DNA of 64,000 bases from Nemertoderma westbladi (GCA_032718475.1 JAUCBJ010009090.1:1-64000); one strand, 5' to 3'. Positions 12,751-25,829 are shown, counted from the first letter of the stretch. The notes: generated from the sequence alone by a model not told the origin. Numbers and translations: made by a program.

Positions 12751-14109
12751 GGTGTACAGTACAGCAGTACACTAGTACTGTAGTAGGCCCTACATAAAGT
12801 ACACTACCCTCTATAGCAAACTGTATTACTGTATAAACTACAAATAATGCATAAATACTATAAATAACTACAAATAATAATGTTTAATAATAATTTATAT
12901 TTTTATCGAATTAACTCAACAGTCAAAACAAACATTCGACATGGAAAATTCTTCAATTGTCAGATTGTGTTACTGCACCGAAATTACTGTAGTTGGAACT
13001 TTTAACAGTAAGTTTACCCACTACCAGTTGATTAATTACTGTTAGTAAACTGATAAATACAAAACATAGGAAGGCATACGGCAGTGCGGAAATTAAATAT
13101 TAATTACACACACGTACGACTGCAGCACCGGTACGGTATAGTACAGCTGCAGTACTCAAATATAGGCCTAATGCGAGACATAATTCAAATATCCCGCAAA
13201 TTCGCGGTATCATAGCAACAAAAATAGTTATTAATTACGACGGTCGATAAGGTCAACATTAATAACAACGGTCGATCTGGTTCCATTATTTAATTACGAC
13301 GGTCGATAATGTCAACATTAATAACAACGGTCGATCTGGTTCCATTATTTAATTACGACGGTCGATAATGTCAACATTAATAACGACGGTCGATCTGGTT
13401 CCATTATTTAATTACGACGGTCGATAATGTCAACATTAATAACGACGGTCGATCTGGTTCCAGTATTTAATTACGACGGTCGATAATGTCGACATTAATA
13501 ACGACGGTCGATCTGGTTCCAGTATTTAATTACGACGGTCGATAATGTCAACATTAATAACGATGGTCGATCTGGTTCCATTATTTAATTACGACGGTCG
13601 ATAATGTCAACATTAATAACGACGGTCGATCTGGTTCCAGCATTTAATTACGACGCACGATAATTTTCAGCATTTAATTACGACGGTCGATAATTTACAG
13701 TATTTAATTAGTGACGGTCGATGTTGGTAGCTTTATCGGACGTCATAAAATTATATCGAATTAAAATACCAAAAGTATGCCATAAATAAGTAACTTCAGT
13801 TTTTTATATACACGTGGTGAAAGACCCTTCCTTGCCTTCATTAATCCTGTTCTTATTATACTGTGCCACTTATATAATATTGCAATTTTCACATTACGAA
13901 GTCTACTCTCATTTTAAATACAAAGTAATATCTTATTAAAGGATCATAAAACAGGATACATTATCTTTGTGTTAAGTTAGCATTACGTCGCATCAATCAT
14001 CATCTGTCATTACGTCGTCCCAACACATTGTTACTATCAATAAAAAAAAAATCAGGGGCTAATAAAATGGCAGCTGACTTTGAAATTAATACTCCATATC
14101 TCAAGAACC

Positions 14110-14167
14110 TGTGGCCTAGTGGTTGTTGTCTCGGCTTCTACCTCGAGGTCCCAGGTTCGAATCCGAC
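14110..14167 (+). ncRNA. tRNA-derived Pol III head (SINE-like), not a functional tRNA
   Basis: A box TGGCCTAGTGG (14112-14122), anticodon-like arm CTCG...CGAG around CTTCTAC, B box GGTTCGAATCC (14154-14164); no acceptor stem. Confidence 0.7.
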
Positions 14168-14210
14168 ACCACGCTGATGAGACCCAGTAAGGTCGAAACG
14201 CGTACGTGGT
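14168..14210 (+). ncRNA. Type I minimal hammerhead ribozyme
   Basis: Stem I ACCACG/CGTGGT, core CTGATGA, stem II GACC-CAGTAA-GGTC, GAAA, palindromic mini stem III CGCG, cleavage triplet GTA (cut after 14204). All core nucleotides intact. Confidence 0.85.
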
Positions 14211-14214
14211 TTGG

Positions 14215-14420
14215 AGAGATATGAGATATTAATTTCAAGAAAAAATTACGCGGTTCCTAAATTTGTACAACCCGGTTAAAAAGTACGCATGTGATGGGAT
14301 TAGTCCTACAATTGCGCCAATAAAAGATAAGTTATTTTCGCTAAAATAAACTTATCATTCGAGGTTAAGGCCCCTAGATCCCTTCCTATAATAAATGTAT
14401 AATAACAAACACCTCGATAA
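14215..14420 (+). repeat. Interspersed repeat with a second copy at ~52730-52940
   Basis: ATATGAGATATTAATTTCA...CCCGGTTAAAAAGTAC.CATGTGATGGGATTAGTCCT...AAAATAAACTTATCATTCGAGG is shared by both loci. Confidence 0.8.
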
Positions 14421-17134
14421 ATACAGCTTGCCAACACATTGTTACTGGCAATAAAAAGACGCTAACTCTATTTTTGAAAAAAATGAGTTATTTATATCAC
14501 CAGATAGCTGATAAAATTTGTCATCGATTGGTACTATTTCGAATTGTGATTGGATATACTGTAATTTCAATATTTTATAGCCTGGATAATAAATTTAATT
14601 TAATTACATTTATTATTGTGAATAGGAATTCCAATAACTGAGTTAGCTCCTTTTAAACGGAACCGTTTAAAAGGAGCTAACTCAAAATAATTTTACAAAT
14701 TCTGAGTTAGCTCCTTTTAAACGGTGTTCGCGCTTTTAGACCTTTAGCAGTTTAACCTGCCAATTTTAGTTGTCCTCTTGTTTATAAATCGACTTTAGCC
14801 TATATCAATTATCTAGTGTACTGAAGTTACATCAGCCGAAGCCAGTCCGTGCGCGACCTATCACCCACGATTTTGTAGACTGGATTCGGATTCCTTGAGA
14901 GTTATTGCAGTGTAGGCCTACTGTATTATTCGATTGATCGTTACTATATAATCTCTGACAAATATATTTACTTTCGGGGAAATATTAACAGTTCCTTTCG
15001 GCGCGTGGCGCTTTAAGTATAAAAACATAGTTATGACTTATACTAATCACAACTAGATGGCCACAGAGTTTCGTAAATAGCGCATTCTTTAGGAGATGCT
15101 TTATTAACCTTCACACTAATACACACGACTTCACACTACTTCACACTACTTAGCACTGATCTGCCGACCGTCACTGAATTTGATCATATATAAGGAGGAT
15201 CACAACTGACACACGTAGGGATTATGAAATAGCATTTAATTCACACAAAAACCACTATAATTTAAGTCGCAGTTGCTACCGGTAAACCTGTTTGTTCCTC
15301 TTACCTCAGGAATCAAGAAGATTGAGGGGTTTATGATTATTTATCGGTATTCTCCAAATATAACAGCAATATCCATTAATATAACAACAATTAATAACAG
15401 AAGTAAAATAATGCGGTGAACAGTCAGTATGTGTTACTTATACAGTTATGAAATGCAGTTGATAATGATGAAATGTGATGCGGTGATTAAGTAGGATGAC
15501 AAGGATTCAGTGTTCAGGATAATAGATTTACGTTCTTATAATCAAAGCCATCTGATGTTTAGGCCAAAGTCTGAAACTTCTACACAGAAGCGCAGAAGAT
15601 TCCGAGCCGGTTCTGGTGCTCAGAAAAATAGTAAACAAAGACCGTAATGCATTGCGCGAGTTTCCATAGGCCTCTGTCAGACATAAAGGGAAAATTGCTC
15701 TGATTGGCTGAATGAGGCAGAACAAAGAAATTCCACGTCCACAAAGAATCAGCTGATAGATTTCGTCATACTGGCTCTAATTCCTTCCCGTCGCGTAGTT
15801 GGATAAATTTAGGGCTATTTTAGAGTATTCTGCGCATTGCGGAAAAATGACTTGTTATGTCCGCAAAAGCTTTTACAAACGATTTAGTTCAAAGTTGCGA
15901 TTTAGTGTGATGACATTGGCTGGAATAAATGCGTTTTACTCAGTTTGATAAAAATTGCAGTTAGCGCCTTTTTGTTGCCATGCGACGATTATACATGATG
16001 TCGTAAAGAATAGATGTGGTAGCAAAGAAATCGGCCGAAAGTTGCCACGAACCAGGTTGGATCCCTTTTTCTTGTAAGGGCTTGACTAACTTGCGGAATT
16101 ATGACAGCATAGCCTCCTCTTGTACAAAATAACTTTCATAAGATCAATTTTCTCTAGTGCGGATATCCAAAAGTTAACTACTGTACAGTAAACGAAATTT
16201 CTTCGGTAATATTTTCGACGTAAGTCAAATTACATCTTTATAATAGGAATCCAATCCATTCACGATACGGCGACAGTCCTACTTGTGTTACTCGTTAAGT
16301 GCAACGTATGCAACTCAAAGATATAAATGATTTCGTTACATTTCATGATGATCATTATTATGGCCACGAAAGAGTGTTTTACACTACGAAGTAATTTTAA
16401 TAAGGAAAACAAAAGTATAGTTGAAAGAAACGCAAACCATAAACGAAAAGAAAGAGTTAGGAACCCTAAGTTGAACCATCCGATAACTTCGCCAACTGAC
16501 CAGCCCAAGGACACTCGGGGAAATGGAAACTGTGCGAAGGGGGATTTTATTTCTGAGATTCCCGGGATTGTACCATAATGAAGGCCAATCATATCAAGTC
16601 GTATGGTACTGACAACTGAGGATGATAATCAGATAATTATATAATCAGATGGGTGTGGTGACATTGTCCCACCCCCAACAACCTTTCTTTGTCTGACAAT
16701 ATATGGAATAGAATCATACAGTATTACCATGGGATTGATTAAATAATCATCTTTATCCCCTGCGGTAACTATTATCCTTGGCACTTGATTCAGTACTGCA
16801 GTGCTTACTACAGTACAGTATTATACTGCAGTGTATATGACCATGAAAAACTGAAAAAGATAATGCACAAGATTACTTCTTATTCCTTAAGGCGAAAACG
16901 GCCTGGTTCTACTGTATTATTATCTATCGCAATAAACATTTATCCTTATAGGCGTACTGTTTCACTAGTAAGTTTACATAAGATAGAATTTATCGAGGAG
17001 GTCACAGTGGATACAGTTTTGATTGCCTTTCCACGGCCTAAAGTAACTTTTGCCTTAATGCCTTGGAGTAGGCCTATTGACGTGCCTAGCGGGGCTCCGG
17101 GTAAGGAACCGAACTTTTCTTCAGATATACTTTA

Positions 17135-17570
17135 GTATAATCAAAAATATCACATGCTGTAGAATCCCCAGCTGAGAACCTGGTTACAAATTGGAGTTCC
17201 CATTTACAAATCTGAGCAGCTGTTACGAAATTGACTTTCTGCATACAAATTTGATTTTATGGTTACGAATCGTCGGAGTTCCTGGTTACAAATCTCAGTT
17301 TCTGATTACGAATCTGAGAGCTTGAGTTGTAGTTCCCAGTTACGATTCTGAGTTCCTGGTTACGAATCTGTGTGTTACAAATATGCGCTTCCCGCCTCGA
17401 ATTTATCTCCTACTATGTACAGTATGTAGGCACCCAGTTTGAAATCTGAGTTCCAGATTACAAATTCAACTGCCCAGTTAGAAATCCAAGCACCCGGTAA
17501 GAAAATCTTAGCACCCAGGAGCAGATCAGAGTGTCTAGTTACGAATTCGAGTACTCAGTTACAAATATGA
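17135..17570. repeat. Degenerate short tandem array (GTTACAAATCTGAG-like units)
   Basis: Recurrent GTTAC(G/A)AAT(C/T)TGAG words at roughly 20-bp spacing. Confidence 0.6.
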
Positions 17571-19009
17571 GAGTCTATTAATTTTTTATCAACTTAACTA
17601 CTTATACTACTTTGCACACACTGAGCTCTTTGCACATGTACAGTACTGTAGATTTATATTTATAACACATATCCAGCAAATATCGGTAATTATCGTATTT
17701 AAATCTCTCGTCTGGGGTAGGAGGAAAGGACATGTAGGCCTACTGTATACTGGGAAATATGTCGCACATAGATGATATAAGTTTAAAAAATAATATGTCG
17801 TCTTGCGTCATTTAATGGTAAATTTTTTTTACACTAATACATTAAATTAAGACGCCTAACGTTAGAATGGTTTTACTTACCTACTCAGGATGTCTTAAAC
17901 GCGATACCTTATCACTTATCGTTAGTATAACGCCATACCTATTGCTTGCTCTTATTATTTTTGCAATATTAATGGGAAATTGTTGTGTGTGCAAACCTAC
18001 AAGCTTTCCCCGACATTTAATCAATGAAAGTGTTCGGTAATATGATACGCCTAGCGCTAACAACTCCTATAACCCCACGGCTAAAGTTAAATGCGAGTGA
18101 GCTAAAGCTATCGTATATGTTTATGGCTCAGTTGTTCAACCGTTGATGAGAGATCGTACTTGCAACCTACTGTAGGCCTACTGTTTCTATGGCGTCGTAC
18201 TACTGAATATACATTAGATCTGATAATGCGTAACTATAAATTGTCCTAAAAGAGTTTAGTTGATTTTTCAAATCATCCATTTTCGAGTCTGAGGAGAACT
18301 ACAGTACTGTAGGCCTACAAGGTTAACTTTATTGTCTTTTGCAAAGTCAATTTTTGACTATTATTGTATTTACTTGACTTTATAAGTTTTTTATCTGCAA
18401 TACTGTACACCTTCCATACCAAAATTCGTCTCACAATTTAACATTTTTGTTAATACTGTATATTATCGTTCACACGTTGAGACAGTCTGTATGACAATGC
18501 TAATTTCTATAGACTGTAGAATAAATACATATCCTGTTAGACCCGCAACGTTTTAGCCAACTCGTTCGGCAACTTGGTGAGAAACCCAGGTTGCTAATCA
18601 AGAGAAAGTGCTGCGAAAGTTGCTCAAATTACGGTGCTGGTTCAAAAAAATTAACAATATTTCTCAGACTTGATTAGTGAAATACGTGGCGGATGAAAAA
18701 GCGGGAAATTCAAATTCACAATATAATAATATTCAAATAATGCAACTTCATGAACGTAGTCTGTGTCTATCCGCTCCGAATTGATTTATGTTTACTTGAT
18801 ATAAATAACGTGTTTATTTAAAGGTCAATTTACTGTATAGATCAGATCGGATTCGGATAGGTTGTTCTGCGGTATTTACACTTTAATATCCGAGCGTCAG
18901 CTCGAGAACTCGAGTCTCATCAACCCTCTATGCCATCAACTCTATGACATATATTTATATCTATTTTCATGATGTCTGTAATGATATATACGAAATATCG
19001 TCCCTTTCA

Positions 19010-19548
19010 TTTTGAAACCACCTATATGCCATTTTTGCCGAAATGGAGATTGCTGCATTTCTTTATGTTAAAATGTATTCTGAATCCGATTAACACACTT
19101 AGAAGGTCATACTCCCACGTATAACGGATATATTTATCGTTTTGAAACCACCTACTGTATATGCCATTTTTGCCGAAATGGAGATTGCTGCATTTCTTTA
19201 TGTTAAAATGTATTCTGAATCCGATTAACAAACTTAGAAGGTCATACTCCCACGTATAAACTGATATATTTATCGTTTTGAAACCACCTATATGCCATTT
19301 TTGCTGAAATGGAGATATGTTAAAATGTATTCTGAATCCGATTAACACACTTAGAAGGTCATACTCCCACGTATAACTGATATATTTGTCGTTTTGAAAC
19401 CACCTATATGCCATTTTTGCCGAAATGGAGATTGCTGCATTTCTTTATGTTAAAATGTATTCTGAATCCGATTAACACACTTAGAAGGTCATACTCCCAC
19501 GTATAACTGATATATTTATCGTTTTGAAACCACCTATAGGCCTATGCC
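19010..19548. repeat. ~130-bp tandem repeat, 4 copies plus a partial fifth
   Basis: Unit TTTGAAACCACCTATATGCCATTTTTGCCGAAATGGAGATTGCTGC...CTGATATATTTATCGT; the third copy has an internal deletion. Confidence 0.9.
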
Positions 19549-20730
19549 AGTTTCGCATAGACCTCATGATAAATATTTTTTTTTTAAAACAACCTATATA
19601 ACACATTTTACTATTATAAATAGGGTAAGCCCGGGAAAAGTTGATATAAAATTGGAAACAACGAATCGAGAGGTACAGTAGAATTGTTGTTTATTATGAT
19701 AGAGGGAGATTTGATTTATATTTTTAAAACTTAATAATCGAATTTGTCTTAAGGGTTTTAATGCTTTTTGAGTAATCATTGTAAAAAATGTAATAAATTT
19801 TTTTGAAACAACCTATATCCCTATTCATAGTTTCCTACCTAATATGTTACATAATTCCAATACCAAAACTATTTTTGTTAAAATCGTTACATTTAATGCA
19901 TTTAAAAGTAAATAAGACTAAAATCCTGGAATATTACTTGCAAACAAAATTAGAATCAATAATGCTGTTTTACAGGAAAAGTCAATTTTGTCATTTAGGT
20001 TGTTTGAAAATGAAAGGGACGATATAATTTCCGTACACTCTACTGTAGGCCTAGTTAATAAAGTTGTAAAGCACCACCACAAAGGTAAAATGTTGAGTAA
20101 AACAACGCATGGATATTCCGCAGGGATATACGATGAAAGGTGAAGCCTGTTTACCGGGCCCATTCTAAATAAATATTGTTTTATACTAATATAATAAACG
20201 ACAGTATGCTACTCTGTGCAACTTATTACATCTCGCAATATTGGATCCGCTTCAATGGAGTTATAATCGACTTTAACCGAGTAGGGTAGGCCTATATGAA
20301 ACTCGCTCTTGATGAATTGCATGCATAAAATCTAGCCCAATGGACCGCGACTGTCAATATGTGATATATAATGTAATATCGCATAGCTCGTTAATGTTAC
20401 GGCTATTCTTTGGTCGGTTATTAATACGGCCCACTCATCGTGTTCGTGTTGAAATGCAATTTTATTCTTAACCTTAATCATTGCATTGATTTGATTTTTT
20501 TACCGTCGAAAAAAAGTACATTAAAATGTTTTTGGTGGAATTTCTTAAATGTTATTACATGTGTTGAAAGAACATCGACGTAGTTAAAAGGTTTGCACGT
20601 AATCGAAGCAAAACCCCAGAACTATACTCCCCAGAGGAAATTCCAGTACTCATTTTTTAGCTACCGCTTAATGATGCAAGATGCGCTCTGGCAGGTCCCT
20701 TTAAAGCATTCGTGCCGAAACAAAAACGGC

Positions 20731-20802
20731 CCTGGCCCATGCGAGGATCGAACCCACGACCTACAGGAGATGTGAATTTAATGCAACCACTACACCAAGG
20801 GG
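20731..20802 (-). mobile_element. tRNA-derived SINE-like head / pseudo-tRNA
   Basis: Minus strand CCCCTTGGTGTAGTGGTT...GGTCGTGGGTTCGATCCTCGCATGGG with A and B boxes but a degenerate anticodon arm. Confidence 0.55.
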
Positions 20803-21629
20803 AAACTAATTGTGGGGCGAGTCAAAACTGCGAGCCATCAGCGAACCTTTATAATTATACTATGGCCGTTTTCTAAAAGTCTGGGTTGGGGTGTGTCAGT
20901 CAGTGTGTGTGTGTGTCGGAAGCCAATATATAACTTGCAATATAGTAAAATTATAATTGTTCGCTAAGATGGCTTGCAGCTTTTGCTGCACGAAGGCCCC
21001 ACTCGTAACTTTAGTGTCTGCAAGGCGTACTGCAAAACGGAACACAATTTCCAATATTGGTTTATGTTGTTGTCTGACGAGCCACGCAGTAAAGGCTAGC
21101 CTTAGCGCACCATTATAATTAGTAAATAAGGCAAAATTTCATGTCCGTTTGTCTGTCTGTCTTTCTGTAATGAAAAATTCATTCGTAAATAACTTTTGAA
21201 GATTTTAACCATTTTCAACCAAATTTTGTATGGGTATACGAGAGGAAAAGTTCCAATATTTTTGAACGTTACGCGCTAATACCTCTCGAACTTTTAACTC
21301 CAGATCAAATCGAACTTGTTTCGAACTTGCTCAAGTTCCAAGGTCGCGTGCTGCGCGACGCCCCACGAACGTGTTAAGCGGGTCAAGTTCAACTTATTTT
21401 GTAACACAATATCACTCTATCTTTTATTAATAAATTGTGCAACAAAAAGTACCAATTTAAGAATACAATTAGGGCCTACGTATTACATGGGATAAAAACG
21501 TAGACCTATATAGTAGACCCTATAAATTTTTTTCAATATTCTCTCGACCCTTTATTAACCTCGCTGACACTTTGGTAAATAAAATGCCTCAAGAATAGTG
21601 AAAAAAGTTATACTTTTTCACATGTAATA

Positions 21630-23740
21630 ATAACTATTTACATACTTGTGTGTAAAGTAGCACTTTACAGTGTGATGATCCGAGTGGCTTTGTTACACGA
21701 ACGAACGTTAGTGAATGAGTGAAAATAAAGCCTCGAGGATCAGAACACTGTAAAGTACTTTGCAACAAGTATGTATCTAGTTCTTTTTATTCCAAAATTT
21801 TAACATTACGAAAATATTGTATATACATTATAAGTGATAGAAACTGCACAAACTATATTAGTTGATTATTAAATGTAAAAATGACATAAATTATGTTATA
21901 AATGAAACTGCACAAATTATATTAGTTGATTATTAAATGTAAAAATGACATAAATTATGTTATAAATGAAACTGCACAAATTATATTAGTTGATTATTAA
22001 ATGTAAAAATGACATAAATTATGTTATAAATAAGTTAGCTTATATTTATGGTGGCGATTGGAGCCAGGTTAATAATTTAGCTACTGGTTATTAATAGTTA
22101 TAACCCGCCTACCGGTAGGTAATGCAGTAAGCCTATCTGGCTGTCAGGCAAATTTCCACCTATTGTTTACGTGGTAGCCAATGACGGCGTTAAGTAATGT
22201 CCCCTTAGTGGACATTACTTAACGCCGTCATTGGTTACCACGTAAACAATAACACCAAATACAATACTAAATGTACAGGCCAATACAATGTTGTAATGTC
22301 CTCTAAAGCTTTAAAGTGCTAAATAACAACTCGCTGTTAATACTAACGGCGTTGAGTAATGTTACAATTTTGGAATTAATAATTATTCTCTTCAAACATT
22401 TGTTCACAAATCGCAGTACCGGTATACGTTGGGATTGTGAAGTTTATACTGTACCGTAGTATAGCTAACGACTTTACAGTAGCGCGGTCGTAGCTATGCA
22501 TGGCAAATACCAATGATAATAATTTACAGTACCACTTTCTCTTTCAAAGGATAACTATTTACTTCAATATATTTTTAATAGGAACAAGAAATGGGAATAC
22601 TGTAAAATCATCATAGATTACGCAACATAGTACTTAATGAAAATCTACATCGGCCTACATCGATCACGTGCATGGACCACCGGCCGCCTCCGAAACAAAA
22701 CAGTGGCGATCATCTATGTATATTCCCCAATTCAACTGCATAGTATCTGTCAGTGTCCTTTTGCAAGTTCTTCCATGGGTTCTTTTGCAAAAGAGCCAAC
22801 CCTTCCATGCACTATCTGTCTTAATAGTAACCGTTATTCCATCAGTTAAGTACTTTAGATTACATTTAATGGGGAACAAAATTGGCGTGAAGCTGTTAAG
22901 GGACAATATCATATCTACTAGCAGATTTGGTCCTAAGCTAATATTGTCGGGGGACTATAATCTAAAATAAAAAAAGCCCCTAAAAATCAGCATTAAAAGG
23001 GAGATAATTTGTTTTGTTACATTATGGCAACTTAACAGCGTTCTGGTGAATTACTCGTAACGCTGCAAAGTACTACTTTGCAGCGTTGCGGTCTATAGGA
23101 CGGAACGCTGCAAAGTAATCAATAACATGGAAATAACTTCAATTACCGTATTCCAGAATGTATTATTTCCATTTATGTTAATGAGTGCTGCTTTATTATC
23201 CAGTTTGCAGTGACGGGACTAGCTACTGTATGTAAATAATTGTTTAACGTGTACTGTAATCCATTATGGCGAAACGTCCAATAGAATAAAACACTTTAAA
23301 GAAAATGACCAAAGAAAATGGCGACAGTGTTCAGTAAAACTGAACGGACACAGATGGTGACTCAGTTTGCTTCAGTCGACGATGGATCAAAGATTTATCA
23401 CATCCAAGCAGGAGATAACTTCCAATAAACTTTATTTAGATTTAAATGTATAATTAATACTGTGTACCTGTTAATAAATTTTACTTATATTAGATATAGT
23501 ACATGATTAAAATGTTTAAATATGAGCATCCATAAAATCCTTTCTTCATATACCGAACGCTGATAAGTTGACATAATGTAACAAAATTACATACATCTTT
23601 GCTTGCAAAGGTCACTTTTCAGCGTTAAAGACCCTTGTTTATTTCTGTAAACTCCCTCGCTGCGCTCGCTCGGTACATAAATAAACTCGGGTCATAACAC
23701 TGCAAAGTGCTACTTTGCACACAACGATGTAAATAGTTAT
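21630..23740. mobile_element. Non-autonomous element with ~55-bp TIRs (Crypton-like ends), internal 66-bp tandem repeat and long hairpin
   Basis: ATAACTATTTACAT...GTGTAAAGTAGCACTTTACAGTG is inverted at 23690-23740; subterminal CTCGCTGCGCTCG motif; 66-bp x3 at ~21840-22030. Family assignment is tentative. Confidence 0.6.
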
Positions 23741-24601
23741 ACCAATACTTGAGCCATATTGTAAAAGTGCAAATATCGGCATTCAATAATTTCCTAGTCA
23801 TAGCCTCTAGTTAATAAGGCCATGTTCACGGCCCAATATACTGCAGTTTTGAAGCTGCTAAAAAGAGGCCATATTTATCAACATTGTAAAAATGTAAGTT
23901 TGGTAAAGTTCTGGACATTTACAATTGCTTAGATATTATTGTGAATAGGTAGAATTTCAATGCTGTCATTTAAACACTCTACGGAATTGTATTGTAGCAT
24001 AGTGATTTATGTATTGGCCTAGCTAGTATTTTCGGAACTAGTGCAGTATACGTACCGTACAGGGCACTAGTAAAGGAAAAGGTTCCCAAAATAAAAACGT
24101 GTGTTTTTTTTTACTAGCTGGTATTTTTTTTAAATTAAAAAAAATAATATAAACTGTAAACTGTTGGCTAATCTGCAGGAAAGTAGTTTAAACCTGAAAT
24201 ATCAATGTTTTCACATTTTTTATATATTTTTTATTTTATATTTCAATAAATACTAGGTAGTAAAAAAACACTAGCCACCATAAAAAAACATATCTACAGA
24301 GTACACCCAAGGCCATCGTAATACCATGGTATTACATGGCCTTGGTACACTATGCACACCATATTTTGGACACTAGTTCATACTGTAGTGATATTTCACC
24401 GTCCAAATGTTCTACAATAGCTAGTACGGTAGTAGTATGATTAGTTATACAAATAATGACCCCTTATTAGAAACCTCAAAGTTGCCGTATATTTTACTGT
24501 CAATGTAGTTAGCCATGATCATACATTTACCAGATTTGAAACGCTTTATATTTTATTAATAACTATAACAGCCAATCTTCTTGTGTCTTGTGTCGAACTT
24601 A

Positions 24602-25170
24602 TTAGTCCGGCAGCCACGTACCTCTTTTTGGCCCAACCGAAAATTTTTGGACGGATTACATTTTTTGGATGTTTTGGTGTCTAGGGGTCCCTCTTAACAT
24701 AAAAATGTGATTCATAGACTTTGACACCTTGGGCAATTTGAATTAATGACCCGTTTCTATGGACTACAGCAATTTCTTTGAAAGCTGAGCAATCAGAATG
24801 GCGATTAACTGGTGGGCTTGAACTGGTTGTAATTTTGATCGAAAATATGAAAATTTAAGACTGTAGATTGCGTATGTCCCAAACAAGTAAGAGTGAGTCC
24901 TTTATCCAAAGCTTTGATGACTTTCGCTTTGCCAATCTCAAACATACTCACAACCGTTTCACACACAGATCGCCCACGTCTGTTACTGCGGTACAGTTTT
25001 TTAATGGGGATTTTATGAAAATTGAATTGGTTATACCTGTTCTTTCCCTCAGATAAAAATGTAATAATAGAACAAATATAGAATATTTATCTGCGAAAAT
25101 GCGCATAGCGCGCATGTTCTGTGGAAACTTTTTCCCAGATAACATCTTCGAAACACCGCCAAAATACACA
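24602..25170 (-). pseudogene. Academ-like transposase remnant
   Basis: Minus-strand fragments FGGVSKMLSGKKFPQNMRAMR and CETVVSMFEIGKAKVIKAL (GCDTV..F.GIGK XPG/H3TH-like motif); adjacent TAGTCC...GGACTA end-like sequences at 24602-24746. Confidence 0.45.
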
Positions 25171-25829
25171 CGATACCATAGCCTCTTTTATGAATTTTTC
25201 ACTGGGCGGCACAGACACTCGCCATGGCAAATTGTATGGGTGGGGGGGGGGGGGGGGGGGGGTGTGTGTGTGTGTTTTTTGATACACATTTTTAATGTGT
25301 GTGAACGAAAAACTATTAAGCATACTGTAATATATTGTTTATTGACAATAATGGATATAATTTCTATATGAAGCAACAACTAATTTTACAAAACTTAATT
25401 AAATCATTATTATACATAAATATTAAATTATAATAGAAAATGTGGCACCTATACCGGAAATTAAGAGGTGGTTAAAACAGGTTTGAGAACAAAATTAACC
25501 CTTTGTTGCACTTGTTGCTTTTAAGCAACAGTTCTATTATCGGTCTATCTCATAGAAATATATATTTGTGGTGCCGAAAATACTAGACTAATGTATTGAA
25601 GTGATATTTTTGATTGTTAAAATTATGGATGACTCATTTATACAATAGATGATTGTTAACTAATCATTTTCTTAGTAGGCCTACTTCTACAGTAGAACAT
25701 TAGGACCCCCAGTCGCCGCACACTTACCAAAATGTTTACTCAATCTAGATTTCGCTGATACATCTTTCTATTAATTTCTATACAGATTATGTTATGTAAC
25801 ACCTAAATACATCATACACTGGAATATAG

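Larger units (their letters stand above)
9744..13747 (+). mobile_element. Degenerate IS3EU-like DNA transposon with long TIRs built from ~59-bp tandem subrepeats
   Basis: 9744-10110 is inverted at 13070-13680 (3 vs about 7 subrepeats GGAACCAGATCGACCGTCGTTATTAATGTTGACATTATCGACCGTCGTAATTAAAT); right end reads TATGACGTCCGATAAAG on the minus strand; internal HTH remnant at 12508-12750. Confidence 0.55.

Noticed and set aside
14110-14180. Functional tRNA-Arg(TCT)
   Set aside because: No acceptor stem and an imperfect T stem; it runs straight into the hammerhead.
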